Positions 16,744-27,164 of a stretch of DNA of 64,000 nt are shown here, piece after piece; position 1 is the stretch's first letter, and each line of letters begins with the position of its first letter. The notes beneath the pieces were generated by a model that did no database searches, was not told where the DNA came from, and worked only from the letters and a program-made list of their open reading frames with translations. Position numbers and translations under genes: made by a program. Where the stretch lies: assembly GCF_002087085.1 (NCBI RefSeq), contig NZ_MWQY01000003.1:124001-188000 (forward strand). Reading direction: 5' to 3'.

Positions 16744-16980
16744 ACTTACAGTATACAGAATGGAAGGGCTGATCGCAACTGAATAAAGGTATACTTCGCG
16801 GACTCCATTCGTCCGAAGCATCTTCCGTATTTGTCTTTCTTCAGCATCCGCAGGCTTATACAACTCCATTATGAAAATACATGGGGAAATGGCCCGGTCC
16901 GTGTGTATTCAGAAGAGGATGGAACAACTTAGCCCCTGGTATGATACAATGAGACATCTTCTTTTTCCGGGAGAAACCAC

Positions 16981-17946
16981 ATGACAACAGCGATCAGTGC
17001 AATCCTTGCCGGTGCTGTACTTCTCTTCTGGAGTGCCGACCGTTTCGTGGAAGGGGCCGCAGGCACCGCACGGCATTTCGGCATGTCCTCACTCATGATC
17101 GGCATGATTATTGTCGGTTTCGGCACATCAGCACCGGAGATGCTGGTTTCCGCCATGGCATCCTTGCAGAATAACGCCGGTATAGCCCTGGGAAACGCCT
17201 TTGGTTCAAACATTGCTAATATCGCGCTGATCCTGGGACTCAGCTCCGTAATCAGTCCCATCAGCGTCCACTCCAGGGTCCTCCGCCGGGAACTTCCGCT
17301 GCTGACTCTGGTAACCGGTCTTGTGATCTTCCTGATTTCCGATCTGACCATCAGCCGGAGCAACGCTCTGGTACTTCTCGCTGTATTCTTGCTGGTTATT
17401 GTCTGGACCCTGCGTCAGGGTACAGCAGCTGACGCCGATCCTCTGGGAACGGAGATTTCCCGGGAAATGGATGTACATTCCATGCCGGTCAGGCGTGCCC
17501 TTTTCTGGCTTTTCGCCGGTCTGATTCTTCTGATCTTCAGTTCAAGAATACTGGTATGGGGCGCCGTGCGCATAGCTGAGGCCCTGGGTATTTCCGACCT
17601 TGTTATCGGCCTCACGATCGTTGCGGTGGGTACCTCGCTGCCCGAACTCGCCTCATCTCTTGTGGCGGCTATAAAAAAGGAGCACGATATTGCTCTGGGC
17701 AATATTATCGGATCCAATATATTCAACACTCTGGCCGTGGTGGGAATCGCAGGCAGTATCCGGCCTTTACACGGCAATCCGGAGCTGCTGTTCAGGGATA
17801 TGCTCCTGATGGGGATACTGACTGTCTCCATTTTTCTGCTCGGCTACGGATACCGGCGCCACGGACGTATTAACCGCGTGGAAGGTGGAATACTCCTTTG
17901 CGTATATTGTGTATATGTATATATACTTATCAGAGGAGTAAGCTGA
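16981..17946 (+). CDS. Calcium/sodium antiporter (YrbG-like)
   Basis: Two alpha repeats GTSAPE / GTSLPE, each followed by GN..GSNI.N. Confidence 0.95.
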   Translation: MTTAISAILAGAVLLFWSADRFVEGAAGTARHFGMSSLMIGMIIVGFGTSAPEMLVSAMASLQNNAGIALGNAFGSNIANIALILGLSSVISPISVHSRVLRRELPLLTLVTGLVIFLISDLTISRSNALVLLAVFLLVIVWTLRQGTAADADPLGTEISREMDVHSMPVRRALFWLFAGLILLIFSSRILVWGAVRIAEALGISDLVIGLTIVAVGTSLPELASSLVAAIKKEHDIALGNIIGSNIFNTLAVVGIAGSIRPLHGNPELLFRDMLLMGILTVSIFLLGYGYRRHGRINRVEGGILLCVYCVYVYILIRGVS

Positions 17947-17982
17947 AAAGGATTACTCAAGACTTATAATCAGGAGCAGCAG

Positions 17983-18981
17983 ATGGAGTACAGAGTTTTT
18001 GGACGCACCGGAGTGATGGTATCATCCCTCTGTTTCGGCACAATGTCTTTCGGCGGAATAGCGGACCGGGAAGAGTCCGCCGGAATGTACGCGGCCTGCC
18101 GTGATGCGGGGGTCAATTTCTTTGATTGCGCGAATTCCTACAACAAAGGCGCATCAGAAGAAATCCTGGGGGATTTGATACACCCTGAACGGGAAAACAT
18201 CATTATAACCAGCAAATATACCGTGCGAACCGGCCCCGATATAAACGCCATTGGATCATCCAGACGTAATGCGGTTCTGGAAGTTGAAAAGAGTCTGAAA
18301 CGCCTGAAAACCGATTACATTGATCTCTATTTCGTACATAATTTCGATCCCTACACTCACATTGAAGAAGTACTGAGGGCCATGGACGACCTCGTGCGGC
18401 AGGGTAAAGTATTATACCTGGGAGTCAGCAACTGGGCGGCATGGCAGATATCAAAGGCGTTGGGACTTTCGTTCCACTACGGCTGGAACCGCTTCGAATG
18501 CATCCAGCCCATGTACAACCTGCTGAAACGCCAGGCTGAAACCGAAATCCTGCCCCTGGCAGCCGCCGAAAATATGGCGGTAATCTCCTACAGTCCCCTG
18601 GCGGGCGGACTCTTGTCGGGAAAGTACAAACCAGGAGAAAAACCGAAGAGCGGGCGTTTTGCGGAACAGGAAATGTATGTGCAGCGCTACGGACGTGAGG
18701 AGTTTCATCTTGCTGCAGCGGAGTTTGCCGCCTACGCCAGGAACCACGGCGTTGATCCGGTCACCCTGATGATCGCCTGGGTCAAGTCACACCCCGCCCT
18801 GACTGCTCCGATTATCGGCGCCCGGAATACCGATCAGCTTCAATATTCCCTGGCAGCCGCCGACTACAGCCTTACCCCGGAAATGAGGGATGAGATAAGC
18901 TCAATCTTTCCCGGACCGCCCCCGGCTCATGACCGGCTTGAGGAGACAGTGGACGATAAATATTTGTTCAGAAACAAATAG
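17983..18981 (+). CDS. Aldo/keto reductase
   Basis: LCFGTMSFG, FFD.AN.Y..G.SE, SLKRLKTDYIDLY, YSPLAGGLL.GKY. Confidence 0.95.
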   Translation: MEYRVFGRTGVMVSSLCFGTMSFGGIADREESAGMYAACRDAGVNFFDCANSYNKGASEEILGDLIHPERENIIITSKYTVRTGPDINAIGSSRRNAVLEVEKSLKRLKTDYIDLYFVHNFDPYTHIEEVLRAMDDLVRQGKVLYLGVSNWAAWQISKALGLSFHYGWNRFECIQPMYNLLKRQAETEILPLAAAENMAVISYSPLAGGLLSGKYKPGEKPKSGRFAEQEMYVQRYGREEFHLAAAEFAAYARNHGVDPVTLMIAWVKSHPALTAPIIGARNTDQLQYSLAAADYSLTPEMRDEISSIFPGPPPAHDRLEETVDDKYLFRNK

Positions 18982-18982
18982 C

Positions 18983-21367
18983 TCATCGCATTCGATATAT
19001 CAGAGCCAGTATGGCTCTCCAGTCAAAGGAGTCACCGGTAAAAAGCGGTGACTCCGCGGCTGGTCCGACGTAGTCCTCCACCTGGCAGCTCAAACTCACC
19101 AGCCAGTTTTCTCCGATACTGCGGGAGATATTGCCGCCATAACTGAACTTTTCCACCAGAAGACCGGTTTTCTGCATATCAGGCAAATAATAGAGGTCTT
19201 CGATATAGCCGGGATCCGTAAGCTGGATTCCAGTATACAAACGTGACTCCACCCCCAGAACAGGAATTTCTCTCAGGGCCGAAAGCTCAGCATAGAAACG
19301 AAATCCGGAATAGATCCGTGTCGACGGATCTGCTGCAATCTCGGCTGCAGCCCAGACCGGGCCGAAAAGTCGGGAACGACCGCGTAATCCTGTCTCGAAA
19401 GCCAAGGGAAGGTAAAAGACATCTGATTTTTCCTCCTCCTCAGGTTCTCCAGGTTTCTCTCTTTCAAACAGTGCCGCTATCTTGAACGAGAAAGAAGAAA
19501 ATGAGGGGCTTCCCCTTCTGAGGGCAACATATTCAAATTCCGGAAAGCGAACATAAAAACGCCGGAGAATTTCCACCTCAAAATGGGGTACAATGGTATT
19601 TTCATACTCCTCAAATCCGCTGATCCTGGGCAGAAAATTTCCGATTCCACCCACCTCGACCCGGGACAATACCGGTGCGGGAATAACATCCTCGGCGACC
19701 GGAGAAAAGGTTCCCGGAGCCTCGGCGGACCCGGATATCCTGCCCCCGGGGCGTTTTTGCACCGGGTTACCCGATTCAACCCGCCGCATGACAAGAAAAC
19801 CGCCGTTTTCCACTATACCCTGACCGTTGATTCTGGAGTCAAAAGCTCGAACCATGCCGCTAAAGGAGACCGCAAGAGGTACATTCACAGTTGAACGCTG
19901 AATAAAACACGAGCTGCCCAGACTGACCGATATAAGGCCATCATCACCGCTGGTTTCGCTGTTTATGATGGTCATGGTGGCATTCCGCCCGGTAATATCT
20001 GCCGTCGAAAAGAGAGAGTTTCTCAGTACCAGAGACGAACCGTTCTCGGCCACAAAATTCCAGTGCCCGAATTTTACCCCTCCTCCGAAACTTATGTCAT
20101 AACCCTCTTCCCCCAGCAAACCTGAAGGCGGGGCCTTCGAATTTCGAACACCGTTAAAATCTCCCTCTTCTCCGTCCCGCAGCACGAGTTCGAGCCCCTG
20201 AAGACGTCCCCTGGAAAGCCGACCGCCGACCCCTTTATAGAGTCTCAACCCCCAGCGCACTGAGCTGCAGTTTTTTATTTCCACTGGAAAAAGTCCGTCT
20301 CCGTTCCAGCTTCTCACTCTGGAGAAAAAAGGAAGAGACCAGGTCTCACGAAGATCGGAGGTTCCGTTCAGCCATATAAGTACGTTTTCGGAATCATGCA
20401 GTTCTACGGCGGCATCCTGGTTGTAACGGATCTCACCGATATTTCTGCAATCCTCGATCAGTATGGAACTTGAATCCTCAGCGTTGTATCGAAAAGTGCC
20501 GTGTGCTCTGGTTTCCTTCATATGCAACCCTGACTCCCCGGAGAGACCTACATCCAGAGGGAAAACCGAAACCAGCTGCGAGGAATGTACGGAGATCTGA
20601 CTTTTTCCATTGATGACAATCCCGTGCTCCCCGGGTCGGGTCTGCAAAAAATCCAGGCGGGAATTATCAATCAGGATCTCACCGTCAAAGGAGATAATTC
20701 TGCCCGTTATCCGGAGGTCCGTGTTCAGTATACGCAATGAGGCGCCCGGTTCCACGATAATATCGCCGTCAATCATCCAGGGATTTTTCAGTTCCAGATC
20801 ATTCCGTACCCGCAGGATTCCCCTGTGAACCGGGAATTCCGGAAGCTGAATACTCAGTTCATGAATCACCAGGCGATTGCGGCGGGGAATAAAGGCGTGG
20901 GAGGTTCCGGCATCATAAACGCTTATGCTCGTTCCGGCATCCTCGGGGTGCAAAGGCTTGAGCCTGTAGGACTGTGCGGGATCGGAGAGAAAATCGGAGG
21001 GCTTCAGACTGAGAATATTGACGACCTGACCGCTGATTCTCCGGACGGCCCGGTACGTCCGCTCTTCACTGTCGTTTATGGAGATTTCCAGCAGCGTGTC
21101 GGTTTCGGAAAAAATTTCCAGCCGAAGCATCTCAAATCCCTTCAAAGCCAGGCGCCCATGCACATAATAGGGAACGGATGAACTGGAATATGGCAGAAAC
21201 AGAAACCTGGGAGACAGCCTGGCACCGGTGGCATCCAGCATAGACCATCCGCCGACCCAGTCCTGAACCGGATCGGCAGCGTTCAGCAAAATACAGCCCA
21301 GGGTCAGGAGGATTATCAGTACGAGACAGAGAGGGCGAAAGAAAAAGCATGGAGGTCCGTAAATCAC
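18983..21367 (-). CDS. Exported multidomain protein: CBM-like domain, beta-helix, C-terminal MipA/OmpV-like barrel
   Basis: Signal-like N-terminus; repetitive short beta strands centrally; alternating amphipathic strands at the C-terminus ending in AILALIYRMR. Confidence 0.55.
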   Translation of the reverse strand: MIYGPPCFFFRPLCLVLIILLTLGCILLNAADPVQDWVGGWSMLDATGARLSPRFLFLPYSSSSVPYYVHGRLALKGFEMLRLEIFSETDTLLEISINDSEERTYRAVRRISGQVVNILSLKPSDFLSDPAQSYRLKPLHPEDAGTSISVYDAGTSHAFIPRRNRLVIHELSIQLPEFPVHRGILRVRNDLELKNPWMIDGDIIVEPGASLRILNTDLRITGRIISFDGEILIDNSRLDFLQTRPGEHGIVINGKSQISVHSSQLVSVFPLDVGLSGESGLHMKETRAHGTFRYNAEDSSSILIEDCRNIGEIRYNQDAAVELHDSENVLIWLNGTSDLRETWSLPFFSRVRSWNGDGLFPVEIKNCSSVRWGLRLYKGVGGRLSRGRLQGLELVLRDGEEGDFNGVRNSKAPPSGLLGEEGYDISFGGGVKFGHWNFVAENGSSLVLRNSLFSTADITGRNATMTIINSETSGDDGLISVSLGSSCFIQRSTVNVPLAVSFSGMVRAFDSRINGQGIVENGGFLVMRRVESGNPVQKRPGGRISGSAEAPGTFSPVAEDVIPAPVLSRVEVGGIGNFLPRISGFEEYENTIVPHFEVEILRRFYVRFPEFEYVALRRGSPSFSSFSFKIAALFEREKPGEPEEEEKSDVFYLPLAFETGLRGRSRLFGPVWAAAEIAADPSTRIYSGFRFYAELSALREIPVLGVESRLYTGIQLTDPGYIEDLYYLPDMQKTGLLVEKFSYGGNISRSIGENWLVSLSCQVEDYVGPAAESPLFTGDSFDWRAILALIYRMR

Positions 21368-21447
21368 CCCTCCATTATAAACGCACTTTGCTGTCTTTAC
21401 TAAGCAGCTTTTATTCCGCTTTGTGCACTCTGTCGCAGGTTATACTT

Positions 21448-22995
21448 CTATTCCCATTCGATTGTTGCCGGAGGTTTCGACGAAATATCATACACCACCC
21501 TGCCGATCTCGCGGACAGAATTGGTTATAAGGCTTGATATCTCCAGCAGGTCCTTCGATTCAAAGGGATAGACATCGGCGGTCATTCCATCCCGACTGAT
21601 AATCGCCCTCAGGGCAAGCACATACCCGTACTCCCGAGCGTCGCCGGTTACCCCCACGGACCGAACGGGGAGCAGAACACTGAAAGCCTGCCAGATCTCG
21701 TCGTAGAGACCGCGCTTTTTCAACTCATCCATGAAGATGGAATCGGCTTCCCGCAGGATTGCACATTTCTCCGGTGTTATTTCGCCGAGGATCCGGACAG
21801 CAAGACCCGGACCGGGAAAGGGATGGCGCCTGATAATCTGGTCGCCTATGCCCAGGGTAGTGCCCAGGCGCCGGACCTCATCCTTGTACAGCCTGTCCAG
21901 GGGTTCAATAATGCGTCCTGCTTCGCGCTTGGCCTCGACCAGAGGCGAGCGCACATTGTGGTGAGACTTGATTACCTTGGCCTTCTTACCGACGCCTTTG
22001 CCGGATTCGATCATATCGGTATAGAGGGTCCCCTGGGCCAGGAAGGCATCCCCGATGGAGAGCTTTTCCACCTCCCGGGCCTGCACGGTAATAAACAGGT
22101 CTCCGATAATGCGCCGCTTTTCCTCAGGATCGTCAATTCCCGCCAGGGCGGAGAGAAACTCATCCTCCGCATGGATGATGGAGAGATTCTTTGCACCCAG
22201 GGAACGCAAGGTCCGTTCGACCTCCACCGATTCGTCCTTTCGCATGAGACCGGTATCGATGTACATAAGGTAGACCTGTTCATGAGGCAGAGCCTGAAGC
22301 AGCAGGCCGCCCACTACGGTGGAATCAACCCCACCGGAGATCAGCAAAAGGACACGCTCCTTTCCTACCCGCTTTCTGATCTCAGCGGAGACCTGTTCAA
22401 GGTAGGCTTCCATGGACCAGGCTGCATCGGCGCCGCAGATCTCCAGAACATAGTTGCGCAGGATTTCAACTCCATACTCGCAGTGGCTCACCTCCGGGTG
22501 AAACTGGATGCCGTAAAGCTGCTTATCCCTGTTCCAGGCCGCTGCAATATGGTGCTCCGACTGGGCGATCAGCTCGAAGTCTTCCCCGGGCTTCTCTATG
22601 CTGTCGCCGTGGCTCATCCAGGAGGTAAACCCATCGGGAATGTTTTTGAACAGGGGGGCTGAACGACGGTACTCGATCCGTGACCGGCCGAACTCCCGCT
22701 TTTCCAGGGGAGAGACCTTTCCGCCGTGGTCCTCGGTCATCCGCTGAAAACCGTAGCATATTCCAAGAACAGGAAGCCCGAGGGAGTAGATCTTTACGTC
22801 AACCCCCGGAGCATCCTTTTCGTAGACGGAGAAGGGGCTGCCGGAAAAAATCAGGCCCTTAACACCATCCAGGGGCAGCTCCGACGCCGGGGTATCTCCG
22901 GGGACTATATCCGTATAGACACCGATCTCCCGTATTCGCCGGGCGATCAGCTGGGTCGTCTGGCTACCGAAATCAAGAATCAGGATCGAATCCAT
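21448..22995 (-). CDS. guaA: GMP synthase (glutamine-hydrolysing)
   Basis: LDFGSQ, GICYG, SGGVDS, IKSHHNV, KPPATIEWE. Confidence 0.98.
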   Translation of the reverse strand: MDSILILDFGSQTTQLIARRIREIGVYTDIVPGDTPASELPLDGVKGLIFSGSPFSVYEKDAPGVDVKIYSLGLPVLGICYGFQRMTEDHGGKVSPLEKREFGRSRIEYRRSAPLFKNIPDGFTSWMSHGDSIEKPGEDFELIAQSEHHIAAAWNRDKQLYGIQFHPEVSHCEYGVEILRNYVLEICGADAAWSMEAYLEQVSAEIRKRVGKERVLLLISGGVDSTVVGGLLLQALPHEQVYLMYIDTGLMRKDESVEVERTLRSLGAKNLSIIHAEDEFLSALAGIDDPEEKRRIIGDLFITVQAREVEKLSIGDAFLAQGTLYTDMIESGKGVGKKAKVIKSHHNVRSPLVEAKREAGRIIEPLDRLYKDEVRRLGTTLGIGDQIIRRHPFPGPGLAVRILGEITPEKCAILREADSIFMDELKKRGLYDEIWQAFSVLLPVRSVGVTGDAREYGYVLALRAIISRDGMTADVYPFESKDLLEISSLITNSVREIGRVVYDISSKPPATIEWE

Positions 22996-24209
22996 GGGTC
23001 CTCACGCAGGATGGTCTGGGTCCTTTCATAACCCACGGAGACGATGGTTACCGGGGTTTCGGTATACTCTTCAATGAAGCGGATATACTCCCGGGCCTCC
23101 CAGGGAAGGTCCTGGTACTCCTTGATATCTCCCAGATTCTGCTGCCAGCCTGGAAAGTCTTTGGTAACAGGTACCGCCTTCTCCAGGTCCTCGATTCGGC
23201 TTGGAAAATCAGTTACCTTTTTCCCGTCGATTTCGTAGGCGGTGCAGAGGGTAACCGTCTTCAGGGTGTCATAAACATCCAGATGGGTCAGAACCAGGGC
23301 ATCGATGGAGTTTGTACGGCATGCGTATTTCAGAGCAACCAGATCAAGGTAACCGCAGCGCCGGGGACGGCCGGTGGTGACGCCGTATTCCCGCCCGGTT
23401 TCACGGACAAGATCGATAAGGCCGCCATGCTCTTCCGGGGCAAACTCGCTGGGAAAGGGACCATTCCCCACCCGGGTGGAATAGGCCTTGAAAACTCCGA
23501 GGATTTTATCCAGATTTCGGGGTCCGATCCCCCCCCCAAGGGCGGCACCGGCGGCATTGGAGTACCCTGAAGAGACAAAAGGATAAGTCCCGGTATCCAG
23601 ATCCAGGAGGATGCCCTGAGCCCCTTCAAAGAGGATATTGGATTTTTTGTGTTTTGCCATGAAGGCGGCCAGGTTGATAACCATTCCCTCGAGGCGTTTT
23701 CTGAAGGGCTCCAGAAATTCCCGGTCGCCGGGAAGCAGGCTGTTCCATACCCGGGAATCCCACAAATCCCCCGCCCGGACCCCTTCCCTCTGGGCCTTCT
23801 CGGCGTAGGCCACGCCGATACCCCGTCCGGTTGTTCCGATGGGCAGGCGCCGGTCCTTTTCCATCTCCAGATCCATTGTCTTGTATCGTGGAAGAACAAG
23901 ATGGGCCCGATCGGAGATAAGGACCCTGCCTTCCCAGTCGACTCCCTGGGATTCGATCATCTCCAGTTCACTGAAAAGAGCCTCGGGATCTATTACCATG
24001 CCCGATCCCAGGACGGCAATCTTGTCTTTGCTGATAACACCGGAAGGAATCAGATGCAGTTTGTACGTGGTATCCCCGATTACTATGGTGTGTCCCGCGT
24101 TGGCGCCGCCGGAAAAGCGGACCACTACCTGGGCATTCCCTGCCATGTAATCGACGAGTTTTCCCTTTCCTTCGTCACCCCATTGAGCACCAATTACAAC
24201 CAGATTCAT
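22980..24209 (-). CDS. purA: Adenylosuccinate synthetase
   Basis: GAQWGDEGKGK, GGANAGHT, EGAQG, EYGVTTGRPRRCG. Confidence 0.98.
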   Translation of the reverse strand: MNLVVIGAQWGDEGKGKLVDYMAGNAQVVVRFSGGANAGHTIVIGDTTYKLHLIPSGVISKDKIAVLGSGMVIDPEALFSELEMIESQGVDWEGRVLISDRAHLVLPRYKTMDLEMEKDRRLPIGTTGRGIGVAYAEKAQREGVRAGDLWDSRVWNSLLPGDREFLEPFRKRLEGMVINLAAFMAKHKKSNILFEGAQGILLDLDTGTYPFVSSGYSNAAGAALGGGIGPRNLDKILGVFKAYSTRVGNGPFPSEFAPEEHGGLIDLVRETGREYGVTTGRPRRCGYLDLVALKYACRTNSIDALVLTHLDVYDTLKTVTLCTAYEIDGKKVTDFPSRIEDLEKAVPVTKDFPGWQQNLGDIKEYQDLPWEAREYIRFIEEYTETPVTIVSVGYERTQTILREDPWIRS

Positions 24210-24217
24210 TATTTCCC

Positions 24218-25657
24218 CTAATTACGTGAATAGTTGGGGGCTTCCTGCGTAATGGAAACATCATGAGCATGACTCTCCTGAAGCCCGGCGCTGGAGATCT
24301 TAACAAAATTCCTGTATAAACGCAATTGATCGATGGTCCTGCAGCCGCAGTAGCCCATTCCCTTTTTAAGGCCGGTCACCAGCTGGTGAAAAAAGTTTTT
24401 CAGTTCTCCCTTGTAGGGGACCTTTCCCTCGATTCCTTCGGGAACCGGAGCCTCTCCTTCCTTCATCTGATATCTGTCTCCGGAACCCTGCTGAATCGAA
24501 GAGAGACTCCCCATTCCGCGGTACTCCTTGAACATACGCCCGTCGTAGATAATCTCCCGACCCGGGGCCTCCTTCAATCCGGCGAATAGGTTCCCGATCA
24601 TCACGGTACCGGCTCCTGCACAGATCGCTTTGGTTATATCACCGGAAAACTTGATACCCCCGTCGGCCACCACGGGTATACCGGATTTCTCCGCTTCCCG
24701 GGCGCATTCGAGAACAGCGGTAAACTGGGGAACTCCTATGCCGGCGACAATCCGGGTAGTACAGATTGAACCCGGACCGACACCGACTTTGACCGCGTCG
24801 GCCCCTGCATCTATAAGACGCCGGGTTCCTTCCGGGGTAGCCACGTTTCCGCCGATAACTGCCGGACTGAAGTTCGCTTTGATGTCCCGTACCGCGTCGA
24901 TAACACTCTTGCTGTCTCCATGGGCGGTATCAAGGACGACAAAATCCACATTGGCAGCCTGCAGCAGAGGCATCCGTACCCGCCAGTCGTTGGGAGATAC
25001 GGCGGCCCCGACAATCAGTCTGCCCCGGGAGTCTACCGCGGCATTGGGGTAATCCTGATGCTTTTCTATGTCCTTTACCGTTACAAGTCCAGTAAGTTTT
25101 CCTTTTTTATCCACCACCGGGAGTTTTTCGATCTTGTGGGTATCGAACTTCTCCTGGGCGCTTTCGTGGGTGGGATCCCCGATTTCAACCACGGGATCAA
25201 CGGTCATGATCTCCTTTACCCTGCGGCTGTCGTCCCGGCAGAAACGCAGATCCCGGCTGGTGATAATCCCCTTCAGATATCCCTCCTTGTCGACAACAGG
25301 AAGTCCGGATACCCGATTGCTGATGGTTTTTCGCTTAACCTCGGCAATTGAATCATCGGGATCAACGGTAATGGGATTGTCGATAACCCAGTTCAGGTAA
25401 CGCTTGACGCTTCCCACGTGGGCAGCCTGATCCTCAGGGCTCAGATTACGGTGGATAACACCGGCCCCCCCGTTCAGGGCCATGGCTATGGCCATCTCCA
25501 TTTCCGTTACCGTGTCCATTGCGGCGGAGATTATGGGGGCTTTTAAATAAATGTCCCGGCACAGACGGGTTCTAACCGATGCTTCACCGGGCAGAAAATC
25601 CGCGTAGGCAGGGATAAGAAGAACATCGTCATAACTCAGGGATTCACGAAACTCCAT
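24218..25657 (-). CDS. guaB: IMP dehydrogenase
   Basis: [12 protein letters not shown] pair, [21 protein letters not shown]. Confidence 0.98.
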   Translation of the reverse strand: MEFRESLSYDDVLLIPAYADFLPGEASVRTRLCRDIYLKAPIISAAMDTVTEMEMAIAMALNGGAGVIHRNLSPEDQAAHVGSVKRYLNWVIDNPITVDPDDSIAEVKRKTISNRVSGLPVVDKEGYLKGIITSRDLRFCRDDSRRVKEIMTVDPVVEIGDPTHESAQEKFDTHKIEKLPVVDKKGKLTGLVTVKDIEKHQDYPNAAVDSRGRLIVGAAVSPNDWRVRMPLLQAANVDFVVLDTAHGDSKSVIDAVRDIKANFSPAVIGGNVATPEGTRRLIDAGADAVKVGVGPGSICTTRIVAGIGVPQFTAVLECAREAEKSGIPVVADGGIKFSGDITKAICAGAGTVMIGNLFAGLKEAPGREIIYDGRMFKEYRGMGSLSSIQQGSGDRYQMKEGEAPVPEGIEGKVPYKGELKNFFHQLVTGLKKGMGYCGCRTIDQLRLYRNFVKISSAGLQESHAHDVSITQEAPNYSRN

Positions 25658-27085
25658 CTATTTATCCTCCTTCAAAAAATCCTGTATACCTTCGTAGCGG
25701 TCGGCTATCTCCCTGGCCTTCTTGACCGCTGCACCACGGTACTGCTCCTGGCGGGCAAAAAACAGCTCCGCCTCGGGCAGTCCGACTGCCTTAAGGGACC
25801 GGGAGACCAGTTCGCTGACTGCGCTGTTATCCTTAATGGCGGTGGCCAGGCTGATTCCTTCCTTCTCGCAGCGCAGGGTAAGCTGTTTTATGATCTCGTG
25901 GGCCTCAGACTCCCCCGCCGCGGCGAGCAGAATATAGGCGGCTTCCGCGAGGACCAGATCTCCGGAGGAGTGGATATTCTTCATCATCTGGGCTGCATTG
26001 ACGTGGAGGCTTTTGAGAACCTTGAGGCTCCGGGCAGCGGCAGCGGCGAATCCGGCGAGGTAATCCGCGATAAAACGCATGGAGGCGGAATTGCTCAGAT
26101 CCCGCTGATGTTCAGATATCTGATCCATAAAAAAGGTCATGACCCGGGGAGCAAAGGCCTTCCACAGACTCTTTACGTGTTCAGAGTTCCAGGGATTCCT
26201 TTTCTGGGGCATGGTGGAAGATCCGACCTGCTCGCTCTTGAACAGCTCCCGGACCTCGTTGATTTCGGAGCGCTGGAGGTGCCGGAGATCGTCGGCAAGA
26301 TTCGCGAGAATTCCGAAGGCCACATTAATCTCCAGGAGAAGTCTGAGCAGATACTCGGGCTCCACCATCTGGGTCGCGGTTTCCGAGGGTTTTAAACCCA
26401 GGGATTCGAGGATTTCCGCCTCAAAGCCCTCGGGATCGGAGGTCAGCAGGGCTGTTGAATTATAGGACCCCACCGCCCCGGCGATTTTGCCCCGGAGATC
26501 TCCTGCAAGCCGGTTGATCTGGATAATCGATTTTCCAAGCCGGGAAGCATACTCAGCCATGGCAAAACCGAAGGTAATGGGTACGGCATGCTGCCCGTGG
26601 GTCCGGCCCACCTGAGGTACTTCGGCATTGTCCCGGCAGAGACGGACCAGTTCCTCCTCAACCTTGAGCAAGGTTGGAATTATCACATTCCTGACAGCGT
26701 CCCTCATGCGCATTGACTGGGCAGTATCCAGGATATCCACCGAAGTGGCGCCAAGGTGTACATAGGGAGCGGTTTCCTCAGGGACCTTGCGCTTGAGTAC
26801 ATTTACCAGGGCTCGGATATTATGCTGGGTTTTCTCCTCTTCCTCGTAGACCTCTGAGGGACTCACAGACGCCTCCACAGAATCGAGGGCGGACAGCAGA
26901 TCCGGGCGTCCTTTCATGCTCAGGTTTACATGGCTCTTAAGGAGGGCGATTTCTACCTTGATACAGTACTGAATTGAAGCCTCTTCGCTCAGATAGCCGG
27001 TTAGCTGATCGAACAGGTTCCGATTTGCCAGATAATAACGATGGTCCAGGGGGGACAGACAGTGAAAAATGCTTCTCTCTTCCAT
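25658..27085 (-). CDS. purB: Adenylosuccinate lyase
   Basis: SPLD.RY, HLGATS.D, GRTHGQHA, GSSTMPQKRNP. Confidence 0.95.
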   Translation of the reverse strand: MEERSIFHCLSPLDHRYYLANRNLFDQLTGYLSEEASIQYCIKVEIALLKSHVNLSMKGRPDLLSALDSVEASVSPSEVYEEEEKTQHNIRALVNVLKRKVPEETAPYVHLGATSVDILDTAQSMRMRDAVRNVIIPTLLKVEEELVRLCRDNAEVPQVGRTHGQHAVPITFGFAMAEYASRLGKSIIQINRLAGDLRGKIAGAVGSYNSTALLTSDPEGFEAEILESLGLKPSETATQMVEPEYLLRLLLEINVAFGILANLADDLRHLQRSEINEVRELFKSEQVGSSTMPQKRNPWNSEHVKSLWKAFAPRVMTFFMDQISEHQRDLSNSASMRFIADYLAGFAAAAARSLKVLKSLHVNAAQMMKNIHSSGDLVLAEAAYILLAAAGESEAHEIIKQLTLRCEKEGISLATAIKDNSAVSELVSRSLKAVGLPEAELFFARQEQYRGAAVKKAREIADRYEGIQDFLKEDK

Positions 27086-27164
27086 ACGCTACTATGCCGT
27101 AAAAAGAGGCCATTTGTCAAAGCCCGGGTAGTGCATCAGCGCGGTTTCTGAGTACAATGGAGGC

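Noticed and set aside
16870..16980. yybP-ykoY riboswitch before the Ca/Na antiporter
   Set aside because: No recognisable consensus or paired stems.
23529..23537. G9 tract in purA as a phase-variation site
   Set aside because: In frame, encoding Gly-Gly-Gly in a core gene; no sign of switching.
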